From contig OZ076409.1 in NCBI GenBank assembly GCA_964187785.1, positions 49,540,001-49,604,000 of the forward strand: a stretch of 64,000 bases of DNA. The letters run 5' to 3'. A program made the position numbers and the translations under genes. Position 1 is the first letter of the stretch, and each line of letters starts with the position of its first letter. Positions 36,301 through 49,124 of this stretch are shown here, one piece after another. This stretch comes from Amphiscolops sp. MND2022 (Eukaryota). The notes below the pieces were generated by a model. That model had not been told where the DNA came from, ran no database searches, and saw nothing but the letters and a program-made list of their open reading frames with translations.

Positions 36301-39300
36301 TTGTGCCGGTACATGGTTTTTCTCATGAAGAAGCCAAAACAATCAGGACAAGGAGCATAGTTATCAGCTGTTGGATTCTCCGTTTCCGTTGGGTCCCTGA
36401 CTACGATCAGTTTGTCAGTGAATCTGTTCGTATCTATGCATTTTTTGAAAACCGCGATGTTATATTTGTACTGGCCTTCATATGTGATCAAGCGGTATGT
36501 TTGCTCTTTCTCTTTATGAAGTTTCCTCAAATCGCGTTCAGTTGTCGCGATTTCCTTACTTCCTTCTAATTCTTCTATTTCTAGATTTATTCGCCTAAGG
36601 TTACTGACGCGGAGCTCTCTTTGATGGAATGATTGCAAATGGCGATGTAATTTGGCGACCATTGTCGCATCTTTGATATCTTCGAAAGGACAGTAAGGAC
36701 AACATTTCTTCTTTTTGTATTTACCTTCAGAGACAACAATCTGGATCTTCCTGAGATACTTTGAGTTGAATCTCCATTTTCCGGAACAATTAGCGTTGAC
36801 ATATTGTTGCATGTCGTCTTCAATGTTATCATAGCCGTCCATAGTGTTTGCAACATCATCTGGTCTTGTAGACGACGTTGAAGCTAGTGCGGTCTGATAA
36901 CTACTCTCACTGATCTGAGAAATGCCTTCTCCCAATACCACTGTCTGATTTGATGAAACTTTATTGGGTGTACTTGGCGCTCTTTCAGCTGTTGATGCAG
37001 TTTCTGTTTCTTCTTCTGAAGACAGTTCCTCGCTACCTTCATCCTCATCAACAATGTAACTTTCACCTGAAGATTCAGATGTTTCCGACGACGAATCGTC
37101 GCTGGAACTCTCGCTTGATTGTTCAGGTATGTTGCTGTGTTCTTCGGCTGAGTCAGAATCCAAATCTTCCTCAGGCTTCGGCGTTAAGTATTCGCGTCCT
37201 TTGTTGAGAATTCTCAAAGCCCTTGATGTTCCCTCAGAGAGCTCCAACTGCTTAAAAAGGGAGAATCTTATTCTTTCGGGAACAACACAGTTCCGAAAAA
37301 AAAATTTCGCTCTAAAACCACAGTGGCTTCCTTTTGGACTAAAATTGTATTGAGGTTATTTCCAGATGATGAAGCATTATAATCTACATTCGTTCACAAT
37401 GCGTTTGTTTTTACATGCAAAATTCTTTTCACATGATTAAACTTAACAATTAAAAAAAAAACTTTTACCAGCATGATTTTAAAATCCTGTGGCACTTCAA
37501 TGAATGAGGTGCATGAAAGCCATCAAATTGTTTTCACTTTGAGGTGCAAACGCAACCAAAAAAAGATTTTTCAAAAAGTCAGTAATTTCAAATCTTAAAC
37601 GGGTAATTAATGAAATTGTGCTTACCTTCTGAGGTATTATACATTCGTTTTTGGCTCCAAAAGGTGTTTTTGGTTTTCTTCCTTCTAGTTCAGTCATTTT
37701 GGCATACGATGCTTCAATGCTTCTAGTTACATTCTTCGGTTTCCGTGGTTGTTTAGAAGCTTTCGCTTCTGTGTCAGTAGTTTTGTTTTTCTCAACATTG
37801 CTAGATTGGTTTTGCGATGATTTTGTTGAGATCCTCGGTTCCGTGTCCCCGTCTTTGCGTAACGGGTTAGGAGCCTTCTCTTCTGTGTCAGTAGTTTTGT
37901 TTTTCTCATTTTTGCTAGATTTGTTTTGCGATGATTTTGTTGAGATCCTCGGTTCCGTGTCCCCGTCTTTGCGTAACGGGTTAGGAGCCTTCTCTTCTGT
38001 GTCAGTAGTTTTGTTTTTCTCAACTTTGCTAGATTGGTTTTGCGATGATTTTGTTGAGATCCTCGGTTCCGTGTCCCCGTCTTTGCGTAACGGGTTAGGA
38101 GCTTTCTCTTCTGTGTCAGTAGTTTTGTTTTTCTCAACTTTGCTAGATTGGTTTTGCGATGATTTTGTTGAGATCCTCGGTTCCGTGTCCCCGTCTTTGC
38201 GTAACGGGTTAGGAGCCTTCTCTTCTGTGTCAGTAGTTTTGTTTTTCTCAACTTTGCTAGATTGGTTTTGCGATGATTTTGTTGAGATCCTCGGTTCCGT
38301 GTCCCCGTCTTTGCGTAACGGGTTAGGAGCCTTCTCTTCTGTGTCAGTAGTTTTGTTTTTCTCAACTTTGCTAGATTGGTTTTGCGATGATTTTGTTGAG
38401 ATCCTCGGTTCCGTGTCCCCGTCTTTGCGTAACGGGTTAGGAGCTTTCTCTTCTGTGTCAGTAGTTTTGTTTTTCTCAACTTTGCTAGATTGGTTTTGCG
38501 ATGATTTTGTTGAGATCCTCGGTTCCGTGTCCCCGTCTTTGCGTAACGGGTTAGGAGCTTTCTCTTCTGTGTCAGTAGTTTTGTTTTTCTCAACTTTGCT
38601 AGATTGGTTTTGCGATGATTTTGTTGAGATCCTCGGTTCCGTGTCCCCGTCTTTGCGTAACGGGTTAGGAGCTTTCTCTTCTGTGTCAGTAGTTTTGTTT
38701 TTCTCAACTTTGCTAGATTGGTTTTGCGATGATTTTGTTGAGATCCTCGGTTCCGTGTCCCCGTCTTTGCGTAACGGGTTAGGAGCTTTCTCTTCTGTGT
38801 CAGTGGTTTTGTTTTTCTCAACTTTGCTAGACTGGTTTTGCGATGATTTTGTTGAGATCCTCGGTTCCGTGGCCCCCCGTCTCTCTTCTGTGTCAGTAGT
38901 TTTGTTTTTCTCAACTTTGCTAGATTGGTTTTGCGATGATTTTGTTGAGATCCTCGGTTCCGTGTCCCCTTCTTTGCGTAACGGGTTAAGAGCCTTCTCT
39001 TCTGTGTCAGTAGTTTTGTTTTTCTCAACTTTGCTAGATTGGTTTTGCGATGATTTTGTTGAGATCCTCAGTTCCGTGTCCCCTTCTTTGCGTAACGGGT
39101 TAAGAGTCTTCTCTTCTGTGTCAGTAGTTTTGCTTTTCTCAACTTTGCTAGATTGGTTTTGCGATGACTTTGTTGAGATCCTCTGTTCCGTGTCCCCCGC
39201 ATTGTTGTGTAATGTGTTAGGAGGTTTTTCTACTGTGTCCGCTGCGTTTTGTATCTCAATGTTGTTAGATTCGTTGCATGATTGCAATGGCACAGGCTGA

Positions 39301-40466
39301 AGTGGAATTGTGAGGTTCTTCGCACTAAGATTGGGATACAAATTGGAAACCTCTTTCACTGGAACTTCAGATTCTTTTCCTTTTCTTTGCGTTGTTGATG
39401 AAATTCTTTTTTCGGAATCACCGGGTTTTTCTTTTTCAGGTCCAGATTGTTTGAAGAGAGTTTCCAGTTTCTTCTTCCTTGTCACTGTTATGAAGGGCTC
39501 GTCCACATTACGAGATATTTTGTTTTTGGAATCAGCGGCTTCTATATTATCTATATTACTTTTGGTTCCCGGAGCTTGAGGATTTCGTCTCCATTCTGCA
39601 TGAGGAAAACCATAATCATAGCGCAACTCCTCACCTGTGAATATGAACGGATAAACAAGAATGATCAATTGAGAATTGTTTCTTTTAATTGTCTCACAAA
39701 AATGACTTCGGTGGAAACTTCGGCAATAGGCAGTGTTTTTCAATTTTCAGATGTCCCGTTAAGGCCGTGCAAAAATAAGGCCGTTTACGATACCAGAATT
39801 GGTGGGACATAGATTCCGTTTTTTACTCAGCCTTGGTGGTACCTCATACGAAACATAGTGCAAAATGCCTGGAATTTGCTACGAAACCGTTAAGGCTGTG
39901 TAAAATAATAGCCTGGTACTTCCAAGTGTGTATTACTGCAAAACCGTTCAATGTATCGTTACGCTTTGATCAACACTTGCTGGGACACTGATACCTTTTT
40001 CACTGGAACTTGGTGGGACTCACACTCAGTGCCTTAAATGGCCTTCTGTCTTGTAAAAAAAAACAAACTAACCAGACTGAATCGGGCGAGTTGCCAGGAA
40101 GATGCAATGGTTTCTACCTTGGTCATCAGTGACCTTCTTCATCCGACAGTTAGCAGCCACTGCTCTGTCCTTGTCGTTGATGAATCGAGCCATTCCTGAA
40201 TTCTTTTCGTCAGAAGTGTCAATGAATACCGCTTGTTTCCCTTCTTGCAGTTCCATCACATAGTCGAAGTTGGACGTTTTTGTTGTACTTCTCGGTCCCC
40301 AGTAAGTGAGCAAAAATTCTTTGTCGTCAAAACTTCTGTTAGCGAAAAGCCCTCACCCCGTGGCCCCGTTTGCAAACTGTACAGTTTTCACTTGGAAGCC
40401 TTCTGGGTCTGAGTAAAGAAAAGAGCTCCAGGGCTCTGCTTTCCGGGCAGCACTTCTTGTTGACAT
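33310..40466 (-). CDS. SET domain - 38-aa repeats - tyrosine recombinase - Myb-like fusion (~1692 aa); exons 40466-40073, 39634-37626, 37247-35773, 35386-34603, 33726-33310; one in-frame TGA at 40355-40353
   Basis: All four introns GT-AG with matching phases; SET motifs G(*)GLFA, MARFIND, GEELRYDYG; YR motifs FNKKR, GKGGKVVPVL, STKLRK, LGH, HDKYY; C-terminal RRTW...LPG...C...W..IK..IRN. Confidence 0.85.
34603..35386 (-). CDS. Tyrosine recombinase catalytic exon (Crypton-like)
   Basis: R (FNKKR), K (PGKGG), x-x-R (STKLRKYMAT), H (FLGHD), Y (HDKYY) in canonical order. Confidence 0.88.
37760..39200 (-). repeat. 114-bp coding tandem repeat, 13 copies (one shortened)
   Basis: DTEPRISTKSSQNQSSKVEKNKTTDTEEKAPNPLRKDG unit, near-identical copies. 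Confidence 0.95.
40073..40466 (-). CDS. SET-domain exon (SETD8/PR-Set7-like), with nonsense codon in the GxG motif
   Basis: MSTRS...ATG*GLFANRSF...FIDTSDEKNSGMARFIND...NCRMK...LATRPIQSG spliced to EELRYDYG..W. Confidence 0.8.
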
Positions 40467-40833
40467 TCAAGTCCTAGAAAGTTACGTTTAAAGAAGTCCT
40501 GACAGACAAGAAATCGTTTCTAACCCCATCTCACTAGTGAACTCGATGTACATTTGTAAGCTTACAAAACATTGAATTAAAAAACCACTCCGAAGAAATG
40601 CTTTAATTACGAAAGACCATTAGTACAACTGATACTTCCAGATTCTGTAAGGTAGTAACAATTGATTTAAGCAAAAACAAAGTTACACGTAGCCTACAAG
40701 TCGGAAGAATCATTGAGCAAATTCAGAGTTGAGGCTGAATTTTTTGCCTCAATTGTTCTCTTGAATTCTCAAAATCCACAACATTTGTACATTCATCATA
40801 AGAAACTTTCGATTTTTTTCTATACCTTGTATA

Positions 40834-41232
40834 CAGAGGTATGACAGCGATAGCGACAATTCAGCATGAATTAGCGATAGCGATAGTTAGCGACAAATTA
40901 AAGCGTTAGCGAACATGTTTTCAACTAGAAATTCAAAATTAACTAATGCAAAAAATTATTGCGAATAACTTGACACATCATTTTGGCTTTTTCCTTTCGA
41001 ACAGTTATTCGATGAGCCCGGCTTTGTAGGCGAAGTACAATTTGCCCAAAACTTCAAAATTTATTAATTTTAAAGTACATTCTGAAATTTTCATATGATC
41101 TTTCTGAAAATCAGGTTTTTAAAATAGTGATAGCGTTAGCGAACCACCCATTTTGTTGTAGCGATAGCGATGAAATCAAGCCATTAGCGATGTTAGCGAT
41201 TTGCGATAAAATTGTTAGCGATCACACCTCTG
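40834..41232. mobile_element. hAT-like MITE
   Basis: TIR CAGAGGTATGA / TCACACCTCTG; 8-bp TSD CTTGTATA / CTGGTATA; internal TAGCGA repeats. Confidence 0.78.
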
Positions 41233-41422
41233 CTGGTATAGTATTTACTACGTAAGTTAAAAAAGTAAGCAAAAGTGCTCAGTAAGTAAAAAACACATGA
41301 CACTAAATAAAGAAAGCAAACTGTTTGCATGTTCATCAGTCAATAAAGAGCCGAAAATCAAGTTTTGAAACTGAAAATGAAGACTTCCTCAAGCTGCACT
41401 TTCTGGACTCTGTTGTTTCTCC

Positions 41423-44400
41423 TCAACGTTGTAGCCACTCCTCAATTACATCCCAATGCAAGTCGCTGACAGTTGCTGCATAGCGATACAAGAACTCTGC
41501 CCAGGGATTTTCCAGCGGAAATTCTTTACCAGTTGGTCGCTCATCAGCTTTTATGATCTGCAGCATCTCACGCATGGCGGCTTTCGTGATAGGACTCACG
41601 CGGTTTTTATTAGCCCATTCCATGTAGAGCTGCATCACTATCAAACCTGGGAAGTTTGGGAACAAGAAACGTCTTGCCAAACCTGCGTCTAGCTCCTTCT
41701 TGAAGGCTAGGGCACTCTGGTGGAGGTGGGTTTCCATAATGAAGTTACACGCATAAGCAATGCTATCAACAGGGGTGTGAACAAAGTGAATCCACTGGCT
41801 TGGTAAGAAGATAGCGTCTCCTTCTTCTACCACAATATGATAGCATGTGACATCTCGATGGAAACCGAAGAAAGTGGAGCTGAAAACAACATTAATCAAA
41901 GTTGAGAGAACTAACTTCTACTTTAAACATCGGAAATTTTCTAAGAAGTTTCAGCCCCTTGAAGGTATCTTGTAACTCGTGAAAAGCAAACCCTTTTTTG
42001 GAAATATCTTCAGTCATAACCTTCAGCTTTTAACAGTTGTTGACAACAATCACATAACCAATTACAACTTAACAATAAGGAAAAAGATCACAATTATTAA
42101 TCTAAACTGAAGTAAAAACTGAGTTTTCCTTTTTACAAACCTTTTCCATTCACTCTCTCGCCATTCGTCAAAACGCTGTTGGGCTTTCTGGGTTGGCTCC
42201 ACGATGAAAAATTCTTTCCTTCCCTTCAACAAAAAGTAAAAAACAGAAGTTCCGGTGAAATCCTGATGCCAATCCGTCTGTGCTTCCTGTTCAGTCATCA
42301 AGAGGTAATTGCTGATGCCAGCAGTGAAGTCAAACTCTTCTCGGATTGAGGGATCCATTCTTGAGGTGTAAGTATGACCCAGAGAATATTCTTTTATCAA
42401 GTTTGGAATCGAAAATGTGTGTTTCATTGTCCTCTGATGCGGACCAATGTCAAGGTCGATGATGTTCATTGGATGAAGATCTCGCTCGCGGAATGGGTCT
42501 TCATGATGCCCCAAAAAACTTGCCAAGGTCATATTGTTCTCCACTTCCTGGAGTGCTGAAAAACACACATTTACTTTCCTGCTGCAAGGGATTCCCTCAG
42601 TTATTTTACGGAAGGTACCGTGTATGGCACTAGGAACAACAAGACCAGCAAGTTTGCCCCTAGCTTGTCTCAAAACTACAGGACATGGTGTACTTCTCGT
42701 CATTCGGTTCTTGAAATCCTGGCGGTTGTTGACAGTGAAACTTTGGGTGACTGGTACTTTCCCTCGAATTAAATCCAAAAACTTTTTTGACCCAACTTTG
42801 GAACGATTGTGTGAACCCCATTTGAAGGAATCTAAATACGGCAGTTCAATTTCCGGTATCTTTTGTTTTTCTTTCAGAGCAGTCTCTTCTTCAAGAGCAA
42901 TCTCTCCTCCGGGAGCAGTCTCTTCTTCAGGAGCAGTCTCTTCTTCAGGAGCAGTCTCTTCTTCAGGAGCAGTCTCTTCTTCAGTAGCAGTCTCTTCTTC
43001 ACGAGCAGTCTCTTCACGAGCAGTCACTTCACGAGCAGTCTCTCTTTCTCTAGGAGGGGTTATTAATTCGGGGGGAAACACTTCACCAGAAGCAATTACT
43101 TCTTCAAAAGTAACTGTTTCACCGAAAAGTTCTCCTAGGGGAGGAACAGACTGTTGCCTTTCTAACTCTGGGCTAACTCTGGGTGTCCTGTCGAGAGAAG
43201 TTGTTGCAGCATCGGGTTCGGGAGAAGGTACATCATCTCCGGTTACATCAACAGGAACATCTACTGGAGTTGTAATACACGATGTGGTTCTAGCTTGCAG
43301 ACCTCTACATTGTTTATTTGTTTGTCGATGACGGAGCAAATCGAAATGTCTCGTTAGTATCTTCCCACAAGAATTGCATTCGAATGAGCCCTTCTGACGT
43401 TCTGAAACAAGTTTTAGTTGATACGTTATTAAAGACTTTCATCTATATATTTATCTGAATTTGTTTTCCCGTAGAATTTTTTAGGTTTGTGATTTGTTTA
43501 TATCACTTTAAATGCGTTTGATTCTTTCATTGGTATGAGTCTTCAATGTAGTCAATTCATCAATATCTTGATAATTCTGGCATGACTGGGTGTTAGGCCG
43601 TGCTTCAATAGTTACAATACCGTGGGGACCAAAACGCACTTGGTGGGACATGGACCTGCTTTTTTACAACATGTCACTCAATCAACCATCAGTACAAAAA
43701 ACCTATAAACGGTAATCAGTGAATACCAATAAGACTTTTTGTTCTGGTGATCATTATAAATACATATCATTTCCAGGAAACTTCTTCACTTGTTTATGCA
43801 AAGCCGGCTTAGTGGGACATAGACCCCTTTTTTAAAAGGCCTTGGTGGGACATAAAAGTTGAGAGCCGCTATGAAACATTTTTACGCCATTATAAACAGC
43901 CCCGTTATAAACAGCTGACCGTGTTTGTTCACTAAACTGTTTGAGTCGAAAAATATTTATATCTGTTTAAAAATATTTATTTAAAAATACTTATTTTTAC
44001 AACCTTGCATAGACCCCACTTTTCACTAGGCCTTGGAGGGACATAAAATGTATATTCATGTACTTCTTTATTGGATTTATTATATGATTATCAATTGTAA
44101 GTGTTTTCCACGTATTGAATGATTTTGTACTCATGTTTTTTATTTCAAACACTTTATCAGGATCTTTTCTGTTTACCAAAGCCAATCCCCCTCACAGTAA
44201 GAGCGAAAATTGTAATTTTCCCCAGAATCAACGATGAGTTTTATTCAGGTGCAGTTAGAGTTACAATAGTGTAAGAAAAGAACTGAACCCTTATTTGTGA
44301 GAAATAATTTGGACTGCATGTAAACATAGCAAGGATAAATTGAATGTCTAAGATAATGGGCATAATCGCCTTAGTTAGCAGATTCTCGTGATTATAATTT

Positions 44401-47400
44401 TATCGGTTAAAAATCTAAAACCGAAAGCATAATTCCCAATCTTTGCGAAAAATAGCTGTGTCCCACGTATTAAGATAGTAAATAAAATGTAATAGAAGAG
44501 AACCCCTTTCAAAAACTATAAAATACCAATTACCTTAATGTAAAAAAAAATGAATGGCTTCAGTAAAGGAAGAAGTGTCTGCCAAATAAATAAAAGTTCC
44601 AAATTAGGTGCCAAATGTTACAAAATTGTCCAAAGTGATGTCCCCTATGCCAATTCAGTAGTAAATACAATCAATCAAAAATGAAATTAAGAAGTTTCTT
44701 CATTATTTGCAAACTTACATTTCAAGTGCGCAACAAAATTTCAGAATGTTTGTTTATTTGATTTTCAAATAACTTGGATGATAGCAGAAATCAGAGCTAG
44801 TTTTGTTTTGGTCCAATTCTTTTTTTACAAATAAGGGTTCAGTTTATTTCTTACACTATTGTATAAATATTTTTTTATTACAAATATTATTATTAATACT
44901 ACTATTTCAATGATAATTTCACTTGACCTCTTAACTGGGGGTATTAAATTGGTGGGGGAACCAGGGGTTGGTAATTTTGTATTGCAATGCAATACAAGCC
45001 TACCAATTAATAATTTTTGTGCTAACAGAAAAGATCCCTTCATCATTTTCAAATGTCAATTATCACGTTCAAGCGCCACTTCATTCGTAACAGTGTGGTA
45101 TGAGGCGCGGCGCGGAATGTATACAAGTACTGTGTATATATATTCCAATTACTTTACTGTGAATAGGGGACTATGGCTCAGAGCAACAGCTTCCGCTTGT
45201 CAGATCACCAAAGTTAAACACTTGGCAGGCGGAGGCGTTTGATATCTGTAACATATCTGTAGATATCTATGGATAGGTCTCAGATATCAACTATATCAAC
45301 TGCTGGCTCTGAGCAAATGTCCCCTTTTTAAAAAATGTTGAAAATCATTTTTGAAATGAAACACTGTACTATTTCAATAAGCGCCAAGAATGACCAAGAA
45401 TGGTTCATTCTGTAACCGAGAAAGTGTGCAAAAAGTGCTCAACGGCGAGAAAAAAATGAAAACTCGGCAATTTATTGTACAATAAATGTATTAATTAATG
45501 TTGTTTGAAAGTTAGAGTATTTAATGAAAATGCCAGTCAAAGTAATGCATTTATTGAATGTAGGATATCCATTAATAATGTATTCTTTTAATACAAATCC
45601 CTGATCGCAACTCCATTGCTCAAAATAGCGAATTTAAAACTCAAATATCTTTAAAATTGTCAGCTACAAAAGTTTCTTAGACTTTTATCTAATTTACAAA
45701 AATGTTTGTTTGAAAATTCTGCGAGAAAAATTACAAAAGTTAGAAATACGAAAATTTGACAAAATTTCAGGATCTTTACTGGTAATCCCCCCACCACGTT
45801 AAGCGGCCAAGAGAAATTATCATTGAATAAATATTAACAACCAATGGAATTGCAGTATTTTATAGCTCTAACTGCAACTGAAACTCATCACTGATAGTGG
45901 TGGGGAATTAAACTTCCGAGCTTACTTTGGGGGAGGGGGGAAAAACAGAAAAGATACAATTTTCATCAAATTTGCACTTTTTCTTGATTTTCACAAAGTT
46001 AAAAATATTTTTGGAAAATTTTCTATCCATCGTTTGCCCCCAAGTCTCCTGCGGATGCTGATATGGTTTCATTGAAAATTTTTTCTATTTAAAATAAAAA
46101 TCGGTACTTTCCTAATGGACCGGACAATTGAAAAACCATTCCTAATAGACCGGACGCACTATATAGAGACCGTACAATCAGTTCATTGACTTAAAGACTC
46201 CGGTTTCAGGAAAGTACCTAAAAATCATCAATTCTCTAAATACAATTCAAACTTTCATTAAAATAGCAACGCGGTGTGATTTTGTGTAATTTCTTGTGAA
46301 ATAGCAACGCAGTGTGATTTTGAGCAGTTTCTTATGAAATAGCAACGCGGTGTGATTTTGAGTAATTTCATCTGAAATAGCAACGCGGTGTGATTTTCGA
46401 GTAACTTCGGTGAAATAGCAACGCGATGTGATTTTCGAGTAACTTCGGTGAAATAGCAACGCGATGTGATTTTCGACTACCTTCGGTGAAATAGCAACGC
46501 GATGTGATTTTCGAGTAATTTATTGAAATAGCAACGCGATGTGATTTTCGAGTAACTTTGTTGACAAGCAATAAGATTAAAAGCAAATTTTAGTTGTTCA
46601 TTTTCAAGGCGCTATGGCCAAATAGTTAGTGCGCTAGCTTTCGAACCATAAGGTCTTGGGTGCGATTCCCGGACAGGTAAAATATTTCCTATTTCGGAAA
46701 TAAGATCTAAATATTTTTCTTGATTTCAGTAAAATAACTTCGAGAAAAGGCCTTGCTATTTGTGTTACTGTTGTTTGCAATTAATTGTTGTCAAATATTA
46801 TTTAATTATTTCGTTCTTTTTGCCGCTTTACATTTAATAATTTGATTGCTTTGTCATCATTGTGGGTTCGAAACTTGGCCTCGAATAATCAAGTATTTAC
46901 TGCTTCTATTTTTGACTCTCAAAACGATCTATAGAGCAGCTTTTCCTATAGCTAATTTCAAACTTCGGTGAAATAGCAACGCGATGTGATTTTCGAGTAA
47001 CTTCGGTGAAATAGCAACGCGATGTGATTTTCGAGTAACTTCATTGAAATAGCAACGCGATGTGGTTTTCCCCAGTGAATTTCATTGAAATAGTAATGCG
47101 GCGTGATTTTCAGTCAATTAAAGTGAAATAGCAACGCGATGTGATTTCGAGTTTTTTCTAATGGGGGCCTATTCATACAGCAGAAAATAAAGCAGCATAA
47201 AGAAGCATCCTGATGGGAATGAATATAAAAACTATTGTTGCGTTTGCAATACGATTGAAATAATCTAGAAGGGGAGACATTTTTGTGTTGTCTTTTGTTG
47301 TTTAAGGGTTCAAAGACGCCACCAAAGACGCCACTGTACTGTATTATATTGATTTATAACATCGATATTTTAACAAGATAACAAGATATATTGAAGAAAA

Positions 47401-48995
47401 AGGAACTATTTTTAGCTCAACGTAGATCATCTAGACACTATCATGAGTCTTATATGTACTGCATTTTATATAAACCTCAGGAAAGTGCTAGTCGAAATAT
47501 GTCAAATCAAGTTTAATTTGGATATTGTTTGCTAATGGCTCCCGCGAACTTATTTCCCTTTTCCCACTTAAAAGTTTTGGATTTTCAGCGTAGTCGTTTT
47601 TTCACTGTTTTGTCAGAGGAATTATCCCAGCTTACTGATAAAGGGCCACAGTATCCCATTTAGTTTTGGTAATGGTCACGAGTTTGCTTAAATTCATTTT
47701 GGATAGAGCCATTTTACGTGTTGACCGGGATCTTAGAAGTGAAAGTCAAGTTGTTCATGCAGCGTGACAACCTTCATTTTCCAATCAATGATCACCTTTT
47801 CTTGTTCACACAAGCGTGGAACGAACCTGACTTCATAGTTTTTGGTTGAAACATTCGAAAGCTTAGATTCAATAATTGATTAATTTCCGTGAAGGTGGCA
47901 ATTTTCTGCAAACACTCTGGGGACAGATAAATTTTCCTGTGAGTGGGGTGGGGGTGGGTATTAGCAAACAAGATCCGTTAATTTATATCAATAATCAGAA
48001 ATTCTTCAATTGTAACACGACGAATTTCGTCTCGGTGCAAAACTGGGGCTATACTGTAGTGTTCATATCGTTTTCATATAGTACCAGTGCGGCGCCGAGC
48101 AACATCACCGTCCAAGTTAATAAACCACTTGACTTGAAATATTTCACTTGAAAGGAAAGTATTCGATGCCTATTCTGATTGAGTGAGACAGTACCAAGTT
48201 CATTCAGTTTTATTCTGTTATGTTTTATTTTCTTTTTCAAATATTACATTATTTTCTCACTCAAAATGCTCCTGATTTTAATTTACCCAACGTTTACGAA
48301 ACCAGAGTTGGTGGGACATAGACCCCACTTTTTACTAGGCCTTGGTGGGACGGAAATAAGGTAAAGTCACTAGTTAAAAAAATAAACTAGTAAAAATTAC
48401 ATTGTCAAGAATTCACAAGAAAAGAACTCACTGGGTTCTGGTGAATACAAGTCGGATGCCTCAATTCCTCGCTCTCTGATTTCTTGCTGACGTCTCAAAC
48501 AAGTGTTTTTTGAAAGGTGTTGCTTGAGTTTTCCAGTGCTGGCGCAAATCAGACCGCATTCAGGACAAGTACAGCGATGAATACTCAAAGTTTTCCGTTG
48601 TTGATGAGCTAAAACAGAATGAAGTTAATATCTCTAGATCTTCAAATAACATAAGATCAAAGAGCATAAAAATGGAATTAGTTCAAATTTTAAATGGCAA
48701 AGCATGAGTTACATAGAAAACACTACTTTGGGCCTCACCTATGATAGCATGAAAAAGGAAAACAATAGTCAACAAATATTCGTTTTCTTTTTGTTTGTTT
48801 CATTCGGGGTTTAAACTAAAACTTTTCCCCAAAACTTGGCTTCAAAAAAAAATTTCGAAATTTCTCATTTTGAAAATATTTTTCAAATCCAACATAATAT
48901 CTGAACTCACCAAGGCATGTAGATTGATGACGCGTGTAGAACCATTGCTTGTTGGAATCAAACTCTTTGAAGCAGTGGATACAAGTGAAGGTCAT
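41423..48995 (-). CDS. 3x C2HC zinc-finger + JmjC histone demethylase (KDM2/KDM7-like), ~659 aa; exons 48995-48911, 48608-48432, 43401-42141, 41879-41423
   Basis: TDWHQDFTGTSVFYFLLKGRKEF and LPSQWIHFVHTPVDSIAYACNF (H-x-D...H iron ligands intact); fingers CIHC..H..C, CPEC..H..C, CNSC..H..C; GTGAGT/GTGAGT/GTTTGT donors with matching phases. Confidence 0.85.
42880..43045 (-). repeat. 15/18-bp coding repeat (EEETAP) in the JmjC protein linker
   Basis: GCAGTCTCTTCTTCAGGA repeats on the + strand. Confidence 0.85.
44187..45940. mobile_element. Degenerate TIR element in JmjC intron 2; related copy at ~61039-61850
   Basis: CCCCCTCACAGTAAG...GCAGTTAGAG inverted against CTCTAACTGC...CTTACTTTGGGGG; right ~150 bp recur at 61690-61850. 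Confidence 0.6.
44264..44861. mobile_element. Tc1/mariner-like MITE with TA TSD, nested in the preceding element
   Basis: ~50-bp TIR CAATAGTGTAAGAA... / ...TTCTTACACTATTG flanked by TA; host TIR sequence resumes after it. Confidence 0.8.
46260..47152 (+). repeat. ~37-bp minisatellite (GAAATAGCAACGCGATGTGATTTTCGAGTAACTTCGGT) in two blocks, 46260-46560 and 46960-47152
   Basis: About 8 plus 5 degenerate copies separated by ~400 bp of other sequence. Confidence 0.9.
46608..46678 (+). pseudogene. tRNA-derived (SINE-like) sequence
   Basis: A-box-like TGGCCAAATAG and B-box-like GGTGCGATTCCC at tRNA spacing; acceptor stem does not pair. Confidence 0.45.
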
Positions 48996-49124
48996 TCTGG
49001 AATCTGCAATCTAGGTCTTTTATTGAAGGTGGTAGAAAGTTTACCAAATGTCTACTACTGCACGGGACAAATGTTCAACACAAACTGAACCTGAAACTGT
49101 AACTTGACTTCGTCTCAGCAGCTC

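Noticed and set aside
37651..39300. 549-aa (+) and 433-aa (-) ORFs over the 114-bp repeat
   Set aside because: Shadow frames kept open by a stop-free repeat unit; only the 748-aa frame splices in phase with the SET and YR exons.
40467..41422. Fusion of JmjC and SET-YR into one ORF
   Set aside because: JmjC ends at TGA 41425-41423 and an in-frame TGA directly precedes the SET ATG; treated as two genes.
42534..43331. 265-aa + strand ORF
   Set aside because: Antisense shadow of the JmjC exon and its repeat.
46608..46678. Functional tRNA genes here and at 55724-55806
   Set aside because: A/B boxes are present but acceptor and anticodon stems do not pair.
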